A stretch of 64,000 bases of DNA from Octopus sinensis (GCF_006345805.1 NC_042999.1:63736001-63800000); one strand, 5' to 3'. Numbered from the stretch's first letter, positions 24,014 to 38,224 are shown. The notes: generated by a model from the letters alone, not told the origin. Numbers and translations: made by a program.

Positions 24014-26315
24014 GGTGGGGTTAGTAAGAAGAAGGACACTGGGCCATAGAAAAGTTGCCTCAACAAATTGTATTTGACCCATGCAAGCATGGAAGGCTGG
24101 ATGTTAAAACAATGATGGTATCTTTAAAAAGGAAGGGTACATGAAATAATTAATGTAGTATTAAATGCCCTGAGTTTGAATAAAAGACTGGATGGTTATG
24201 AATGGAATGGTTATTCAATCAGTGTTGCCCTAAAGTTAAACAATGTTCGGAACCCAAGGAAATTAGTGACGGTCTGTATTGGCAAAAAAGTATTTGTTAA
24301 TAAAAGATGTAAGGCGGTGAGCTGGCAGAAACGTTAGCATTCTGGGCAAAATGCTTATTGGTCTCTTGTTTCCACTCTTGGTCATGGAGAAAAGTTACTT
24401 TGCTTCGAAATGGTGAGCTGGCAGAAACATTAGCACGCTGGGTGAAATGCGGAGCCGTATTTCATCTGTCTCTACGTTCTGAGTTCAAATTCCGCCGAGG
24501 TCGACTTTGCCTTTCATCCTTTCGGGGTCGATAAATTAAGTACCAGATATGAACTGAGGTCGATGTAATCGACTTAATCCCTTTGTCTGTCCTTGTTTGT
24601 CCCCTCTATGTTTAGCCCCTTGTGGGCAATAAAAAAACAAAAAAGATGTATTGGTTGAAATGTTACAGTTAACCGCTCTCATTGTTGTTCGTATCTCTGC
24701 TTACTTCATTGTTTAGTAGTTAACTGTAGGAATGGTAGTGTAATAGCAGGCAACAAACTGACTGTCTTTTTAGACCATTGGAGAAAATGCCTTGCACTAT
24801 CTGTTCTGACTCTCTGCTCAGTGAGTTCAAATCCCACTGAGGGTAACTTTGTCTTCCATCCTTTTGCAGTCAGTAAAAATTGACAGTAATGGGATATCAA
24901 CTCTGAACTTATAAGAGGTTAACCCATTACCTCAAAGTATTTAAATCATTGCTCTACCAATTCTGTTGACCGTAAAAAAGTACAACTGAGTATTCTTATC
25001 ATTATCATCGTCATCATTTTATGTTCACTTTTCCATGGCTGCATGGGTCAGATGGAATTTACTGAGGTAGATTTTCTATGGCCAGATGCCCTTCTTGTTG
25101 CCAAGCTTGTTTTCAGTCAAGGTAATAATCATTTAGTCTATCATCAATGGACTATGATTCTTTTATTTGCAACATGTCAAGAAGTTCTAAAGTGCTTTCA
25201 CAGTTGACTGCAAACATACAACACTGATCATATTGATAGCTAGGCTGTTGTTTTGTTTAAAGTCAGTGAACGTGTATTGACAGAATTGCCAATTTTACCT
25301 GTTTTTTTCATTCGGTATAGACTTATCTTGGGCCGTAGACTTAATCTATTGCCTAATTGAACACCACCATAAGGTGCTTGAGTGTCTTTAACAGTGTTTA
25401 TTCCGATGCAAACATTTGGGTCAGTTCTCTTGTTTAAGGATAACTTTCCATCTTCTCAAGAGTCTCAGAGACTTTAATAAAAATAAAGGGTCATAATTGT
25501 AGCCCTTTCCTCCCTATGTGGTAAAAAATGAAAGTAAGATAGTAAAGCAGTAAAAGAATGTTATTTTGTTTCAGTCATTGGACTGTGGCCATGCTTTGGC
25601 ACCACCTTGAAGGGACCAGTCAAACAAATTGATCTTAGCACTTGGTGTTAAGTCTGGTACATATTTTAACTTTTACTGAGCTGCTAAGTTACAAGGACAT
25701 AAACAAACCAAGATTGTCAAGTGGTGGTGGGAGACAAACCAAACACAAGGATACATATATATATATACCAAATTCACTTACAGGGCATTGGTTGTTCTGG
25801 GACTGTAGTAGAAGACACTTGCCCATGGTGCTGGTGGTGGGACTGAACCTGAAACCATATGGTTGCAAAGTGAGTTTCTTAACCATACAGCCATGCCAGG
25901 AACAATTTTAATGGCTTAGTCCCAAAAGAAATTTCAGTATTCATGACCCTTTTCAAGGGCTCCAAGACTGGTGTGAGAAAGAGAGAGGTCATCTTCAGTT
26001 TTGAAATCTGGCTTGAATGCTTGCAACAAAATGTACTTTTGTAAAGGTGACCATGTCCCAGATAATGGTGTTAAACCAAGCAACAGATCAAATCCACCCC
26101 TGATAATAGAAACAGCTTTCCAGTAGGCTTCCACACTGTTTCCATTTACCAAATTTCACTCACAAGGTATTGGTTAATCTGAGGTGATGTTTATAGAAAC
26201 TTGCACATCACTCCACACCAGTATTGAAACTGAAAAGTGAACATTTGCAAAGTAAATTTCTTAACCCCAACGTTATGCTTAATTTATAACCTGACTTTTT
26301 ATTTTTCTACTTCAG

Positions 26316-26425
26316 AGTGAAAATAAGATCTTCCGTGAATCATCTGAAGCCTATCTTGCTGAAAAGAGCAAACTAAAGGAGTTGGTCTCAGTGAAGGAGC
26401 TTGCTGAGAAAAAACATTCATTAAG
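26316..26425 (+). CDS. ICE1: Coding exon 7, SENKIFRESSEAYLAEKSKLKELVSVKELAEKKHSL(S)
   Basis: Acceptor tttttctacttcag, donor AG|GTTAGT; 110 nt, phase 0 to 2. Confidence 0.9.
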
Positions 26426-27191
26426 GTTAGTTGAAGTTTTTATTGTGCATTTATTCATATTTCTGTGAATTGTATCAGGTGAAGTCGTTTATTGTTCTTC
26501 GCTTCTGATGACATAACTTTGGTCATACTCTCTCTCTCTCACACACACACACCTCTACCACCACCAAGTACATACATCTTAATCACTCTTATTGTTCAAA
26601 CTACATTAACCACATATCAACCACTAAGCCAACAAGGGAGCCTCTACACAGTTACTCAGCCTTCAAGAAACAGCAATCAAATCTCCCTCATATCACATCA
26701 TCTTAGAAAAAAAAGGAAGACCATTGGATAATGTGTTCTGTGATACACTAAACCTGAAAAAAAAAAGGAAAAACAACTGGGTGGCTATGGTTGGAATTTA
26801 TATTTTGATCATAGGTTAACTCATCATCATCATCACCATTGTCTTTTTAATGTCCATTTTCCCATGCTTACTGGATGAGAAGGAATGTTTTGAGTTAGAT
26901 TTTTCTATGGCCAGATTCCCTTTCTGTTGCTAGCCATTACATATTTCGAAGCAACATTTGAGGAAGATTTGGTTGCAGTTTCTAGTGTATCATGTTACCC
27001 TGTATATGCTTCCTTGGTGGCTCAAAACTGTTTTATAATGGACATCTGGTGTAAAACTGTAAAGAATTGGGATTCAGAATGACAGGATATTCAATAAAAT
27101 GAATGTTTTGATATTACGGATTAAAAATATATTGTTGTTCTGTATGTTCTATTGCTGATCATAATAAAAATAATTGCGATTTCTGTTGCAG

Positions 27192-27229
27192 CATTGAGAA
27201 GAAAGACAAGCGGATTAAAGTGTTAACAC
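27192..27229 (+). CDS. ICE1: Coding exon 8, (S)IEKKDKRIKVLT(Q)
   Basis: Acceptor tttctgttgcag, donor AC|GTGAGT; 38 nt, phase 2 to 1. Confidence 0.88.
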
Positions 27230-27439
27230 GTGAGTTTATAATTTTTTAATATTCCTTTTTGTTTTCCTTTTCTTTTTCATTATATGCTAGTGCTATCAGT
27301 TTTGAATTTTAACCCTTACAGAACTGGAATTGTCAATAAGTAATTTTTCTAAAGTACACTGAGAGACAGTAGTTCTGATTGTCATGCCATTTTCTATCCT
27401 TATATAATGCTAGGTAGCCATGTATCTTCTGTGCTACTT

Positions 27440-27830
27440 TGTCTCCAACAATTCGGTGCTACACCAGTGCAGAATCACCTTCCTTAGACAAGTCATCCTA
27501 ACAAGACGTCTGCGTTGGCTGGGTCATGCCCTCCATTGTCAACCAGGGTAATTCATCTACAAAGCAATTGCCCCAGCTCCCCTTCAGGATTGGCAAAAGT
27601 GATGTGGTGGACAACGAAAAACCTGGCTGATGACAGTCAAGGCTGATCTGGAACCCAACCTAGGCCCCCATATCTATGGCGTTTGCCGCTGGAATAGGGA
27701 GTGGTTGGAGATCACGCGATTGTTAGCCTCAAATCGCCAGGTCTGGTCGGCATTTGTGAGAGATGCAGCATTGAGGATGAATGAAGCCAGCTCAACCCAC
27801 CCCAGATGAATGCTGTCCCAAGTCAAGTCA
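27440..27830 (+). mobile_element. 3' end of a second RTE-like LINE with a (CAAGT)n tail
   Basis: Encodes RRLRWLGHAL...RKTWL.TVKADLE...RWNREWLEI...SNRQVWSAFVRDA with stops; ends caagtcaagtca. Confidence 0.7.
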
Positions 27831-29581
27831 TGTATCTTCTGTCCAGCAGGAAACCTTTTTCTGTCTATCATATTTTCACCTCCCAACAACACCAGGCATA
27901 AACCTGCCTCCTCCTCAGTGGAATAGTCTCTTTTCTCTTAACATGGCAGCCTCACTTGTACAAGTAGCACAAAAATGTATCCAGAACACTCTGTAAAGTA
28001 GTTGGCATTAATTGGAGCATACATTGAAACTTGGCACATTCTTTTATTTCGGAACCTATCAAACCATCCAACCCATACCAACATGGATGGATGTTGGCAT
28101 GGGTTGGATGCTGCTGGTGATGACAAACCTTCAGTTTTAAATATAAATTTTTGTGCCTTTTTATGAGACCACAGTGACATGCTTGAACACCAATAAGCAT
28201 AATTAAACAGCTAAACTGGTCAATGTTTAATCAGCATCCATTTACAAAAGACTTTCCACATGATAGAAAGAAAGAAATTACGATAATTATCTGTAAAGAT
28301 AATTATTAATTACTGTGAAGATAATTATTAATTAGTGTTATAGAGAAGTACAAATATACTGTTAATGTGGATATGAAATGTGAAAATATTAGTGAGTAAA
28401 CTTCTCTTCGTGTGTGTTTGTGTGTGATCCTCATCATTTAATGTCTGTTTTTCATGCTTGCTTGGGTTGGGTGGTTTGACAGGATCTGAAAACACAGGGC
28501 CACGCCAAATTCCAATGTCATCTTTGGTATGGATTTTACTGCTGGATGCCCTTCCTAAAGCCAACACACTTTGCATAGTGTACAGGGTGTTTTTTTTCCA
28601 TGTCACTGATACTATTAAGATTGCCAAGTGACTAGCAAGACAAGAAGAAAGAACAGGCAGAATGAAAAAGGAAAAAAAGCTCGCTTGACTAAATGGGGTG
28701 TAGGATGTATTTGAGGAGATATGATGGTTCAATACCAGATATTTGTCATACACACACACACACACACACACACATAACATGGCCTTGCTTGGTTGGGTCT
28801 ACATGTGTTACTTTGAAATCATAATTCCATAAAATTTGTTTATGGGGAGAAAAATATTGAGAAATATCAATAGATGTGTGAGTGAGAAAGAAACGAGGAG
28901 GGAGGTTTTGGTATTTAGCAATTTCTTTTTAAACCGAAAATGTTTCTCTCAAATGCTTAGTGAAAAAAGAAGAAAAAAAAATGGCCAAAATCACATTGGA
29001 CTGAGGTGGTGAGGGGTTGGCAGGAGTGAAAAAAATTTTTTTCCAAAAAGATGCCTTCCATGATTCTGAAGACTTTGATGAAAAACAATGGAAAAAAGTC
29101 CGTCAAAATGGAGAAATTCCAACTTATGTGGACTGTCTGATCTGAAACTCCATTTTCCAGAAACTCCTCCCCATTGCCCCCTTCTAAAAATTTTGCTTAC
29201 AAATTTCTTTGTAACCATAATCTACACTGTTTGAAAGGTATTTGTATAAAATTTCATTAAAAAATACCTATTTTCCAGAATGTCATGAGGGGACAAATGT
29301 CAAGTCTTGTGAAGTTTCCAAAATTCCTCTCCCCAACCCCCTCAGAAAAATTTTCCAACAAATCTTTGCACACACCCAATCTACAGGAAAAAAGCAATTA
29401 TTTGGAGAAAGTTTTGTTAAAAAGTATCCATTTTTCTGGAAGTTATGAGGCAACAAAGTAGGTGGGGTATTAAACTATAGTTATGACTTTTTTCAATAAA
29501 AGTTAACGTTAATGGATTAACATTAACTTCCATTATATTTTCAAAGAATTAACGGATTAACAAAGTTAACTTTTCGATTAA

Positions 29582-29803
29582 CCCTTTCGTTACAGAACCT
29601 GGCTGAAACTGCCTCTAGCTCAGTAGTACAAATGTCTTATTTGCATAAGTTTTGAATTAAAATCTTCCACCAAACCTTAGTCACAATTTATGTTCCTAAC
29701 ACTAGCTTAATAATAACTGAGTTATTTTACTAAATTCCTTGTTATATTTAAAATAATTGAAAGAAACACAGAGCATCTCAAAGTAAATACGGTAACGAAA
29801 GGG
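29582..29803 (+). mobile_element. TTAA-specific (piggyBac-type) MITE, family 1, intact
   Basis: Perfect 12-bp TIR CCCTTTCGTTAC / GTAACGAAAGGG with TTAA on both sides. Confidence 0.88.
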
Positions 29804-30372
29804 TTAATGGTATCCACCTCTGTATCTATGTATGTGCATATTTATCTGCCATTTCCTTCAGTATAACATCCCTTCAGTATAACTACTTTGTCATTTATGC
29901 TTCTCGTACTTCTCATGTCTTGATGATTCTGTCTCTCTTACTTTGTGTGTGTGTGTAGCATTTCTTTACTGCTTTGATTTATCCCTCTTTAATTCTCTCT
30001 CCATATGATGTAAAGTATAACGGGAGAAATCAGTCAACCCACATTTATGTTGGTTATGATATCTGTGTGTGTGTGTGTTTGTGTTACCCATACAGGTGAG
30101 TGAATTGAAAGTACCCGTATGAGTAACACCTCAAATAAAACTGCTTAGGATTGTCAACCTTCAGATTTGAACGTGTTGCAATTTATTTAATATAAATCAA
30201 CTGAATGCATGTTATTGCTATATCAAAGGACACTGGGACACTTAACCGACAGAAACACATGTTGGAGTGGAATATGAAGAAAATACTTTAATAAGTAAAT
30301 TTGGAAGATGTATTATTTTCCATTCTTCATTATGATACCTTAATTATACACACACACACACACATATATCAC

Positions 30373-30672
30373 AATGGCTCAGTGGTTAGAGCAGTGGACT
30401 TGTGGTTGTAAGATCTCAGTTTTGATTCTCAGACCGGGCGTTGTGAGTGTTTATTGAGTGAAAACACTTAAAGCTCCACGAGGCTCCGGCAGGGGGTGGT
30501 GGCGATCCCTGCTGTGCTCTTTCGCCACAACTTTCTTTCACTCTTTCTTCTGTTGGCCTGCTCGCTTAGCCAGCGGGGTGGCGTCATTTGAAGGCTAAAA
30601 CAATGTGAAGCGCATTGTGACCAGCGATGTGTAGCAACATCTGATAGCCTGGTCGGTCACAGTGATCACGGT
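30373..30672 (+). mobile_element. tRNA-derived SINE family D; related heads on the minus strand near 17983-18229 and 36499-36799
   Basis: Head GGCTCAGTGGTTAGAG...GATTC; the segment to about 30560 is the reverse complement of 36600-36790. Confidence 0.65.
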
Positions 30673-30826
30673 AATATATATATGCATTCAATCATATTTG
30701 AGTTGTGTTGTGCATGTTTGTTCAAGTGTCTATGTTGATACTGCTTGTAAAACAATGCTCTATGTTCATGTCCTTTGTAAATTAGCAGTTTGAAAAAAGA
30801 TTGATTAAAATAAGAGCCAGACTTGA

Positions 30827-31045
30827 CCCATTAGCATTTAAACTGGCCATATCCAGCCAAGGTATTCTACCTATTTAACGTTCAGACTGACCAGATCTTG
30901 CCTCTCACACCTACCCTACTATGTCATTCTAAAAATAAGCATTCACATATCGAAATCACAAGGATATGAGATAATGTGTGATTAATTCAAAACATTGTGA
31001 ATAAATAAGCATTACATTTGACAGAGTAATCTGAATGCTAAAGGG
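30827..31045 (+). mobile_element. TTAA-type MITE, family 2 (CCCTTTAGCAT ends), degenerate
   Basis: Ends CCCATTAGCATT / AATGCTAAAGGG; internal sequence is the reverse complement of 51598-51792. Confidence 0.7.
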
Positions 31046-31242
31046 TTCCAAATGATCAACTAAAATCCTTCAAAGCTTTGCCTCAGGAAGACCAAAGTGT
31101 TATAACTGAAACATGTAAGTGAGGAAAAGAGAATACAAGAAAATAAAGCTTGATAAATTAAAAGAAAGTAAATTTATGAAAATGAAGATAAATCCTGTAT
31201 TTACATTAACCTTCTTAATATCAACAAATCCTCTTTTGAGAA

Positions 31243-31248
31243 TTTATT
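31243..31248 (-). terminator. Candidate polyadenylation signal AATAAA of the nested Ig gene
   Basis: AATAAA on the minus strand about 115 nt after the stop, in AT-rich sequence where chance matches are common. Confidence 0.45.
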
Positions 31249-31362
31249 TTCTGTAACTTTCAAATATTGTTTTTTTTTTTTCTTTCTATGAATGCCATTG
31301 TCCTAACAATTTAGTAATTAGTGTTTTTCCCCCTCCATGTCTTTCTATTTGTCTCAGGGCAT

Positions 31363-31863
31363 TCAAATATTTTCATTTAAATCCGTGGGTGCTTGTTGAT
31401 ATTTCCTTCTATAGGACCTGATAAATCTAACAATATAACAAGTAAAAATTATAAGCAATAAAGAACAATTTATACCGACAATGATTAAACCTTCTTTAAA
31501 ATAGTCATATTTGATGTAAATGACCACATTAACCGTGGTATTCATCTTAGTTTCCACCTGCATGCATGTGTAGGAACCAGAATCCTGAACAGTAGCATTT
31601 CTTATGAATAATGTGTTTGAGATTTGCTCAATATGATTGCTGTCATATTCATCGACCTTGGTACCATTTGGTAAAAGCCAGGTAATGTTTCCTTTGTGTG
31701 GGAGGCTGCATTCGTATTTTAAAGATTTCCCTTGTTCTTGAGGATGAGGAAATGGGTCTATTTTTAGGTCCTGTGAATGAGTTTCAGTGGCTTCACTTGC
31801 CTTGAAGACAATGGTAATGATGACAATACATAAGACGATCAGTGGTCTTGAATCTGTAGACAT
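31363..31863 (-). CDS. Nested antisense gene: 166-aa type I membrane protein with one Ig (I-set-like) domain
   Basis: Signal peptide MSTDSRPLIVLCIVIITIVFKASEA; Ig motifs YEC, ITWLLPNG, LFIRNATVQDSGSYTC; four N-glycosylation sequons (NIT, NGT, NAT, NTT); TM GLIIVGINCSLLLIIFTCYIV; basic stop-transfer RFIRSYRRK. Acceptor tattttcag lies 5 nt before the ATG. Confidence 0.9.
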   Translation of the reverse strand: MSTDSRPLIVLCIVIITIVFKASEATETHSQDLKIDPFPHPQEQGKSLKYECSLPHKGNITWLLPNGTKVDEYDSNHIEQISNTLFIRNATVQDSGSYTCMQVETKMNTTVNVVIYIKYDYFKEGLIIVGINCSLLLIIFTCYIVRFIRSYRRKYQQAPTDLNENI

Positions 31864-32769
31864 TATTCCTGAAAAATATATCGTACAAGAATTTAACAAA
31901 TAAGGTTTTACTAACAGTTTGATATGTGTGTGTGTGTGTGTGTATCATAGATATATATATGTATCATTATATTATATAATAATTTACATGTAATTAGGCA
32001 TATATATCATCATTATAGTTTTATGTCCATCTTCCATGGGTGGGATGGGTTCACAAGAGCCAGCCAGCCAGAAGCCTGCACGAGACTTCTGTGACTGTTT
32101 TGGCAGGATTTTTACAGCTGGATGTCCTTCCTAACACCAACATCATCATCATCATCATCATCATCAAAATGGACTTAGTGCTTTTTACGTGCCACAAGCA
32201 CAGGCGAGGTCAGTTTTGGTAAGGTTTTTACAGCTGGATGCCCTTCTGAGCACCAATCACTTTATAGTGTGGACTAGGTGCTTTTTAAGTGGTACCTGCA
32301 CTGACAGGGTCACCAAGTACTTGCAGGACAAAAAAATCGCTTTTGAGAGGGAAAGGGGCATTGGAGAAGGTGATCTTTTGTCAGATGATGAAAGGTTAGA
32401 GTGAGACAGAGAGACAGAAACATGTGTCTTGCTGCAGAGGAAGTACAAGGTTACTGGCTGGTGAGAGAGAGAGAGAGAGATCAGGAATGAAGACAGAAAC
32501 AGGTGTGCTACCGCAAATGAAATACATGGTTATCCAACCTGAGGGAAGTCAGGAGAAAGAGAGAGTGGGAGACAGCAGGATAAAGATGGTGGCAAAATGC
32601 TGGGCATACTCACAAGAGATGGGGGATCAGAATATAAATGGAATGGCTGAGTAAAGGAAGAGAAAGATATAGATGGTGGCAAGTGCCAGGGCATACCCTT
32701 GAGATTCAATTGCCATAATATAAGTGGCAGGATATTGTGAAAGAAGTGTGATTAAAGAGTGTGGAGTGG

Positions 32770-32808
<39 letters not shown>

Positions 32809-34170
32809 GAGCAAAACACCCCCCCTCCAATGGACGAGGCTGATGTACTTGTGCGTACAAATGCACGTTCCCATGGCTTTATTGATCACATTCTTATCTG
32901 GAATCGATTTTTGTAATTTTTTCAAGACTTATACTCACCCTGATACCTTTGGTATCTACATATCAAATTTGAGCACAATCGGATGGAGGATGCCCGAGAT
33001 CCTGGAAGACACACACACACAGACAGACAGAATGGATTTTATATAAGATATATATGTGTCGGTGGCACATAAAAAACACCTTCCGAGCGTGGCCGTCTGC
33101 CAGCCTCGTCTGGCACCTGTGTCGGTGGCACATAAAATCACCCACTACACTCTCGGAGTGGTTGGCGTTAGGAAGGGCATCCAGCTGTAGAAACACTGCC
33201 AGATCTGACTGGCCTGGTGTAGCCTTCGGGCTTGCCAGACCCCAGTTGAACCGTCCAACCCATGCTAGCATGGAAAGTGGACGTTAAACGATGATGATGA
33301 TGATATATATATATATTATATCCTGACTCTCCATTGTTTATGACAACAAGTGTTCCAGTTGATCTGATCAATGGAACAGCCTACTTGTGAAATTAAGATG
33401 TAAATGCCTGAGAACTCCACAGACACACGTCCCCTTAACGTAGTTCTCAGGAAGATTCAGCATGACAAGGAGTATGACTAGGCTGGCCCTTTGAATTACA
33501 GGAACATTTTTACTTTTTACCAGCTGAGAGGACTGGAGGAACGTGAAATAAAGTTTTTGCTCAAATGTACAGCATGCTGCCAGGAATTGAACTCCTGACC
33601 TTCTGAATACCCTAACTACTAAGCAATGCACCTTCACTATATCCTACATCCAATTATATAATTATCTATAGGAGAGTATTGTAGTTCGCTGGAAGCATTG
33701 TGTATTGTTTGTGAAATATAACATGTCTTGAATGGCACAACAATGCAGAGTGGACTATAATAACTGTTATAATTTAATTATTAATAGTCTGATATAATAA
33801 TCATCATCATCATCGTTTAACGTCCACTTTCCATGCTGGCATGGGTTGGACGATTTGACTGAGGTCTCGCGAACCAGATGGCTGCACCAGACTCCAATCT
33901 GATTGGGCAGAGTTTCTACAGCTAGAGGCCCTTCCTAATGCCAATCACTCCGAGAGTGTAGTGAGTGCTTTTATGTGCCACTGACAAGAAGGCCAGTTAG
34001 GCGGTACTGGCAGCGGCCACACTCAAATGGTGCTTTTTATGTGCCACCTGCACACGAGCCAATCCTGTGGCACTGGCAATTTTGGAATATAAAAATTCCT
34101 TCTTCAAATATTGCTAGGAATTGATCGAGTCACTGCTGTAATTGTTTTTTTTCTTTCTCTTTTATAATAC

Positions 34171-34523
34171 ACTAGCACTAGCGTTGCTGGGTCATAGTGC
34201 TAGTGCATGCATATACAGCTGCGTGCGTGCGCACATACACGCGAGTACTGTCCAAATCTCTGACCAATCACATATGCTGGCATTCAATTGGCGTATCAAG
34301 TTTCGGGCATTTTGATTGGGTTTTGGATAGAAATTTCACAAAAAAGTCACTTCTATTGTTTTTTTAATGGCTTTGCAGGGTGATTGGGGAAATGTAAATA
34401 TTTGCATGACCACCCTTGGACGGTTTTGAATGACCATAGAAAGTGCGAGCCCTCTAACTAAAAAATTGTGGATTTGTATAAAGGACACACACACAGACAT
34501 TTTGCTGTTTACATATAGAGAGA
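34171..34523 (+). mobile_element. Non-autonomous element resembling Helentron-associated (HINE/DINE-1-like) repeats; second copy about 49764-50321
   Basis: 5' hairpin ACTAGCACTA...TAGTGCTAGT with GCGTTGC core; about 190-nt 3' block shared with the second copy, ending CACA..ACATTTTGC.GTTTA.A.ATAGAGA. Classification is tentative. Confidence 0.4.
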
Positions 34524-34693
34524 TGAGCATGTTCCAGAAATGAACTGACATGCATCCAGCTGAAGCTAAATAATATATTGATTGCTAATTTCCCGCCTGC
34601 TATTAATTTGGGGCCCTAGTCTGTCCATGAGGATAGCTTCTAAAATGAAAATGCAAATTTGTATTGTAAATTATATTTATCAATTCCCCCACC

Positions 34694-34729
<36 letters not shown>

Positions 34730-35851
34730 TGAAATCAATCAATTATCTGCATGACTAGGTAATTAAGTTGGTAATCACTCATTGTAGGAACTCATTTGTT
34801 GTCCAATAGTGATTTCTAACGTGTATTGATCACAAACTTTGGAGAAGGGTAGGACCACTAAGATTCCTTCACCCTCATATTTAGCTACTTGTTATTTCAT
34901 TGACCCAGTGTGCTGGTGGCACGTAAAAAGCACCATCCATATGTGGCCAATGCCAGCGCCACCTTGACTGGCTTCCGTGTCAGTGGCACGTAAAAACCAC
35001 CAACTGATCATGGCCATTGCCAGCCTTCCCTGGCACCTGTGCCAGTGGCACATAAAAAGCATCATCTGTACATGGTCGATGCCAGCACCACCTTGACTGG
35101 CTTCTGTGCCGGTGGCACGTAAAAAGCACCAACCGATTGTGACCATTGCCAGCCTTCCCTGGCACCTATGCCGGTGGCACGCAAAAAGCATCCACTGTAC
35201 TCACGGAGTGGTTGGCGTTAGGAAGGGCATCCAGCTGTAGAAACAATGCCAGATCAGACTGGAGCCTGGTGCAGCCTTCTGGCTTTCCAGACCCCGGTTG
35301 AACCGTCCAACCTATGCTAGCATGGAAAAACGGACGTTAAACGATCATGATGATGATGAATAAAAGAAAGGGAAAATCAAGTTTGATGGGATTTGAACTC
35401 AGGAAGCGAAATGGCTGAACCAATTATCACATATTATTTTCTCCATTGCTTTATCCCTTCTTCCATCAAGCATCTAATAGTAGCAAACATACTGTGTGAC
35501 TTTTTAAGAAGGTTTAGTGTAGAGGTTATACTAATCCAGTTATGTTGGCCTATGACAGGTATTTGACTATAATTAGTCATTATAGCTATAATTTATTAGA
35601 GTAGGTAAATTCTGGGAAGATAAAGAAAGAAAACTAATCTTGTTTATCATTCAGCTTTATCTAGTTATTTAATTATTTATTTATTTTTCATCACAGCTTA
35701 TTAGATTAGTTACTAATGTTATTTAACCCCAGGTCACCCCTGATCCAGTAGACCTATGAACATTCCACTATTTTCCTTTATATATATATTATGGAGATGT
35801 ACTCGCATAGCAAGTAATTTGATCTGAGATCGTGTGCTGTGTTTATATATA

Positions 35852-35901
<50 letters not shown>

Positions 35902-37562
35902 GACTGGAGTCTGGTGCAGCCTTCCAGCTTGCCAACCCTGGTCAAACCATCCAACCCATGCCAGTATGGACAGTGGACACTAAATGAAGATGATGACTGT
36001 TTTATCCAATATTTCTTTTTTATAAAATGGTCGAGTGTGCTTTAAAGGTTAAAAAATCACATTGTGGCTCCTTCATTGGCTCACTAATAGAGTAATTTAG
36101 TAGAGAATTAATTAAAAGAAATTGTTGTAATTATATTATTGATAGCTGTGCATTGATGATTTAAAATGATGAACTTCTAATAAAACTTTTATCAGTGAAC
36201 AAGAGAGCACCACTCTTAAAACTTCTCTCTTATGGCATGGAAGACTATGATAAACAGAAGAACACTGAGGACAGAGCCATGGTGCCCCTCTCTTCTTCAG
36301 TTTTGAACTTGTCACTGTATTCATTGGTAACTCTCGCCTTGTTGAGAGCATGTCTTTATATGGTTTGAATGGCCTTCTGAAGCCAAGCCATTCATCTACT
36401 ACTTACCTTAACACCACCCCCTACAGAACATGGAACTACACACACACATACACACATGCACATAAATAATACTTAAACTATGATCATTTATTTTTATTTA
36501 TGCACCCTTTTCAAGCCTAGCCAGGCTCATGGGCCCAGATTCCCGGTTTCTATGGCGTATGTGTTCCCCCAGCTGGACGGGATGCCAGTCCATCGCAGCA
36601 TCACTCAAGAAACGGGAAGAAAGAGTGAGAGAAAGTTGGGGCGAAAGAGTACAACAGGGGTCGCCTCCCCTCCCTGCCAGAGCCTCGTGGAGCTTTAGGT
36701 GTTTTCGCTCAATAAATACACACAACGCCCGGTCTGGGAATCAAAACCGCGATCCGTCGACTGCGAGTCCGCTGCCCTAACCACTGGGCCATTGTACCTC
36801 CAATCTATGATCATTAGTCTGACAAACGATATTTTGTTGGATTAATGATTATGGATTAAATATCTTATTCATTCTTAGACTTATTCTATGTTTATTCTAA
36901 GTCACTGGAGATAATTTGTTTTGAACTTGTTACCCCCTGGAATGTGTGTTTGTGTGTGTGTGTTTGTTTCAAGATACATCTCACAGATACTCTGGAATGG
37001 GATCATATGAGGTTTGGAGTCTTTCACTGTCAGACCCCTTTGTCCAGTTCATCCAATCATCCTATCATTCAGGTAGCAACAAGCCTTGGGCATTCTTCTT
37101 TATTCACTATTAAGTAGGACTTCTCTCAGCAGCTTCAGTGATGGAACACACTGCTGTTTTGTCTTTGCTGCACCAATATATTTCAAATTTAAATTATATA
37201 CTTGCATGAATAGTCGAATGGTGTGAATGGTGTTTTTTTTTTTTTTGACACTGTTTGAATCTCAATCACTTGTTGATAAACCAGTGCTCTTATTTAGTTG
37301 CTATGTAATCCCTTTGGCATTTAGCTCAACGCATTTTGTCCAACCGAATATTGTTTCTAAATGTAGGCACAAGGTCAGCAATTTCAGGGGAAGGGATAAC
37401 ACTGACCCAAGTGTTCAACTGGTATTTTATTTTATCAACTCCAAAAGGATGAATGGCAATGTCAACCCTGGTGGTATTTGAATTCAGAATGTTAGGTCAG
37501 AAGAGATGCCACTAAGCATTTCTTCCAGTGCAGTAACAATTTTACCAGCTTGCTACCTTATA

Positions 37563-37972
37563 GGCATAGGAGTGGCTGTGTGGTAAGTACCTTGCTTACC
37601 AACCACATGGTTCTGGGTTCATTCCCACTGCGTGGCACCTTGGGCAAGTGTCTTCTACTATAATCTCGGGCCGACCAAAGCCTTGTGAGTGGATTTGGTA
37701 GATGGAAACTGAAAGAAGCCCGTCGTATATATGTATATATATATATATATATATGTATGTTTGTGTGTCTGTGTTTGTTCCCCCACCGTTGCTTGACAAC
37801 CAATGGTGGTGTGTTTACATCCCCGTAACTTAGCAGTTTGGCAAAAGCGACCGATAGAATAAGTACTAGGCTTACAAAGAATAATTCCTGGGGTCAGTTT
37901 GCTCAACTAAAGGTGGTGCTCCAGCATGGCCACAGTCAAATGACTGAAAAAACTAAAAGAGTAAAAGAGTTA
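37563..37972 (+). mobile_element. tRNA-derived SINE family C with internal (TA)n; other copies near 16147-16531, 39504-39892, 15490-15720, 48050-48230 (-)
   Basis: Head GGAGTGGCTGTGTGGTAAG...GGTTC..TCCC (A/B-box-like); tail CCAGCATGGCC.CAGTCAAATGACTGAAAC. Confidence 0.8.
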
Positions 37973-38224
37973 TGTCCAACCAAATATTGAACTAAACTAA
38001 AGACTAAATAAACTAGATAAACTAAAAGCTAGCTTTAAGAACTAGGGCTTTTAACTTTTTCAATACTGTAATATCCACAGTATAAGTCACCTTACTGAGA
38101 TATTCTGATTTTAACTTAGTCAATATATAAAGCCTTTATATTTTCCCACTTTTGTATAATCCAGTCACTTTGGTTTAAAGTGGACTACAACACAATTTTG
38201 TGCTTTTGGTGAAAAGATGTTTAA

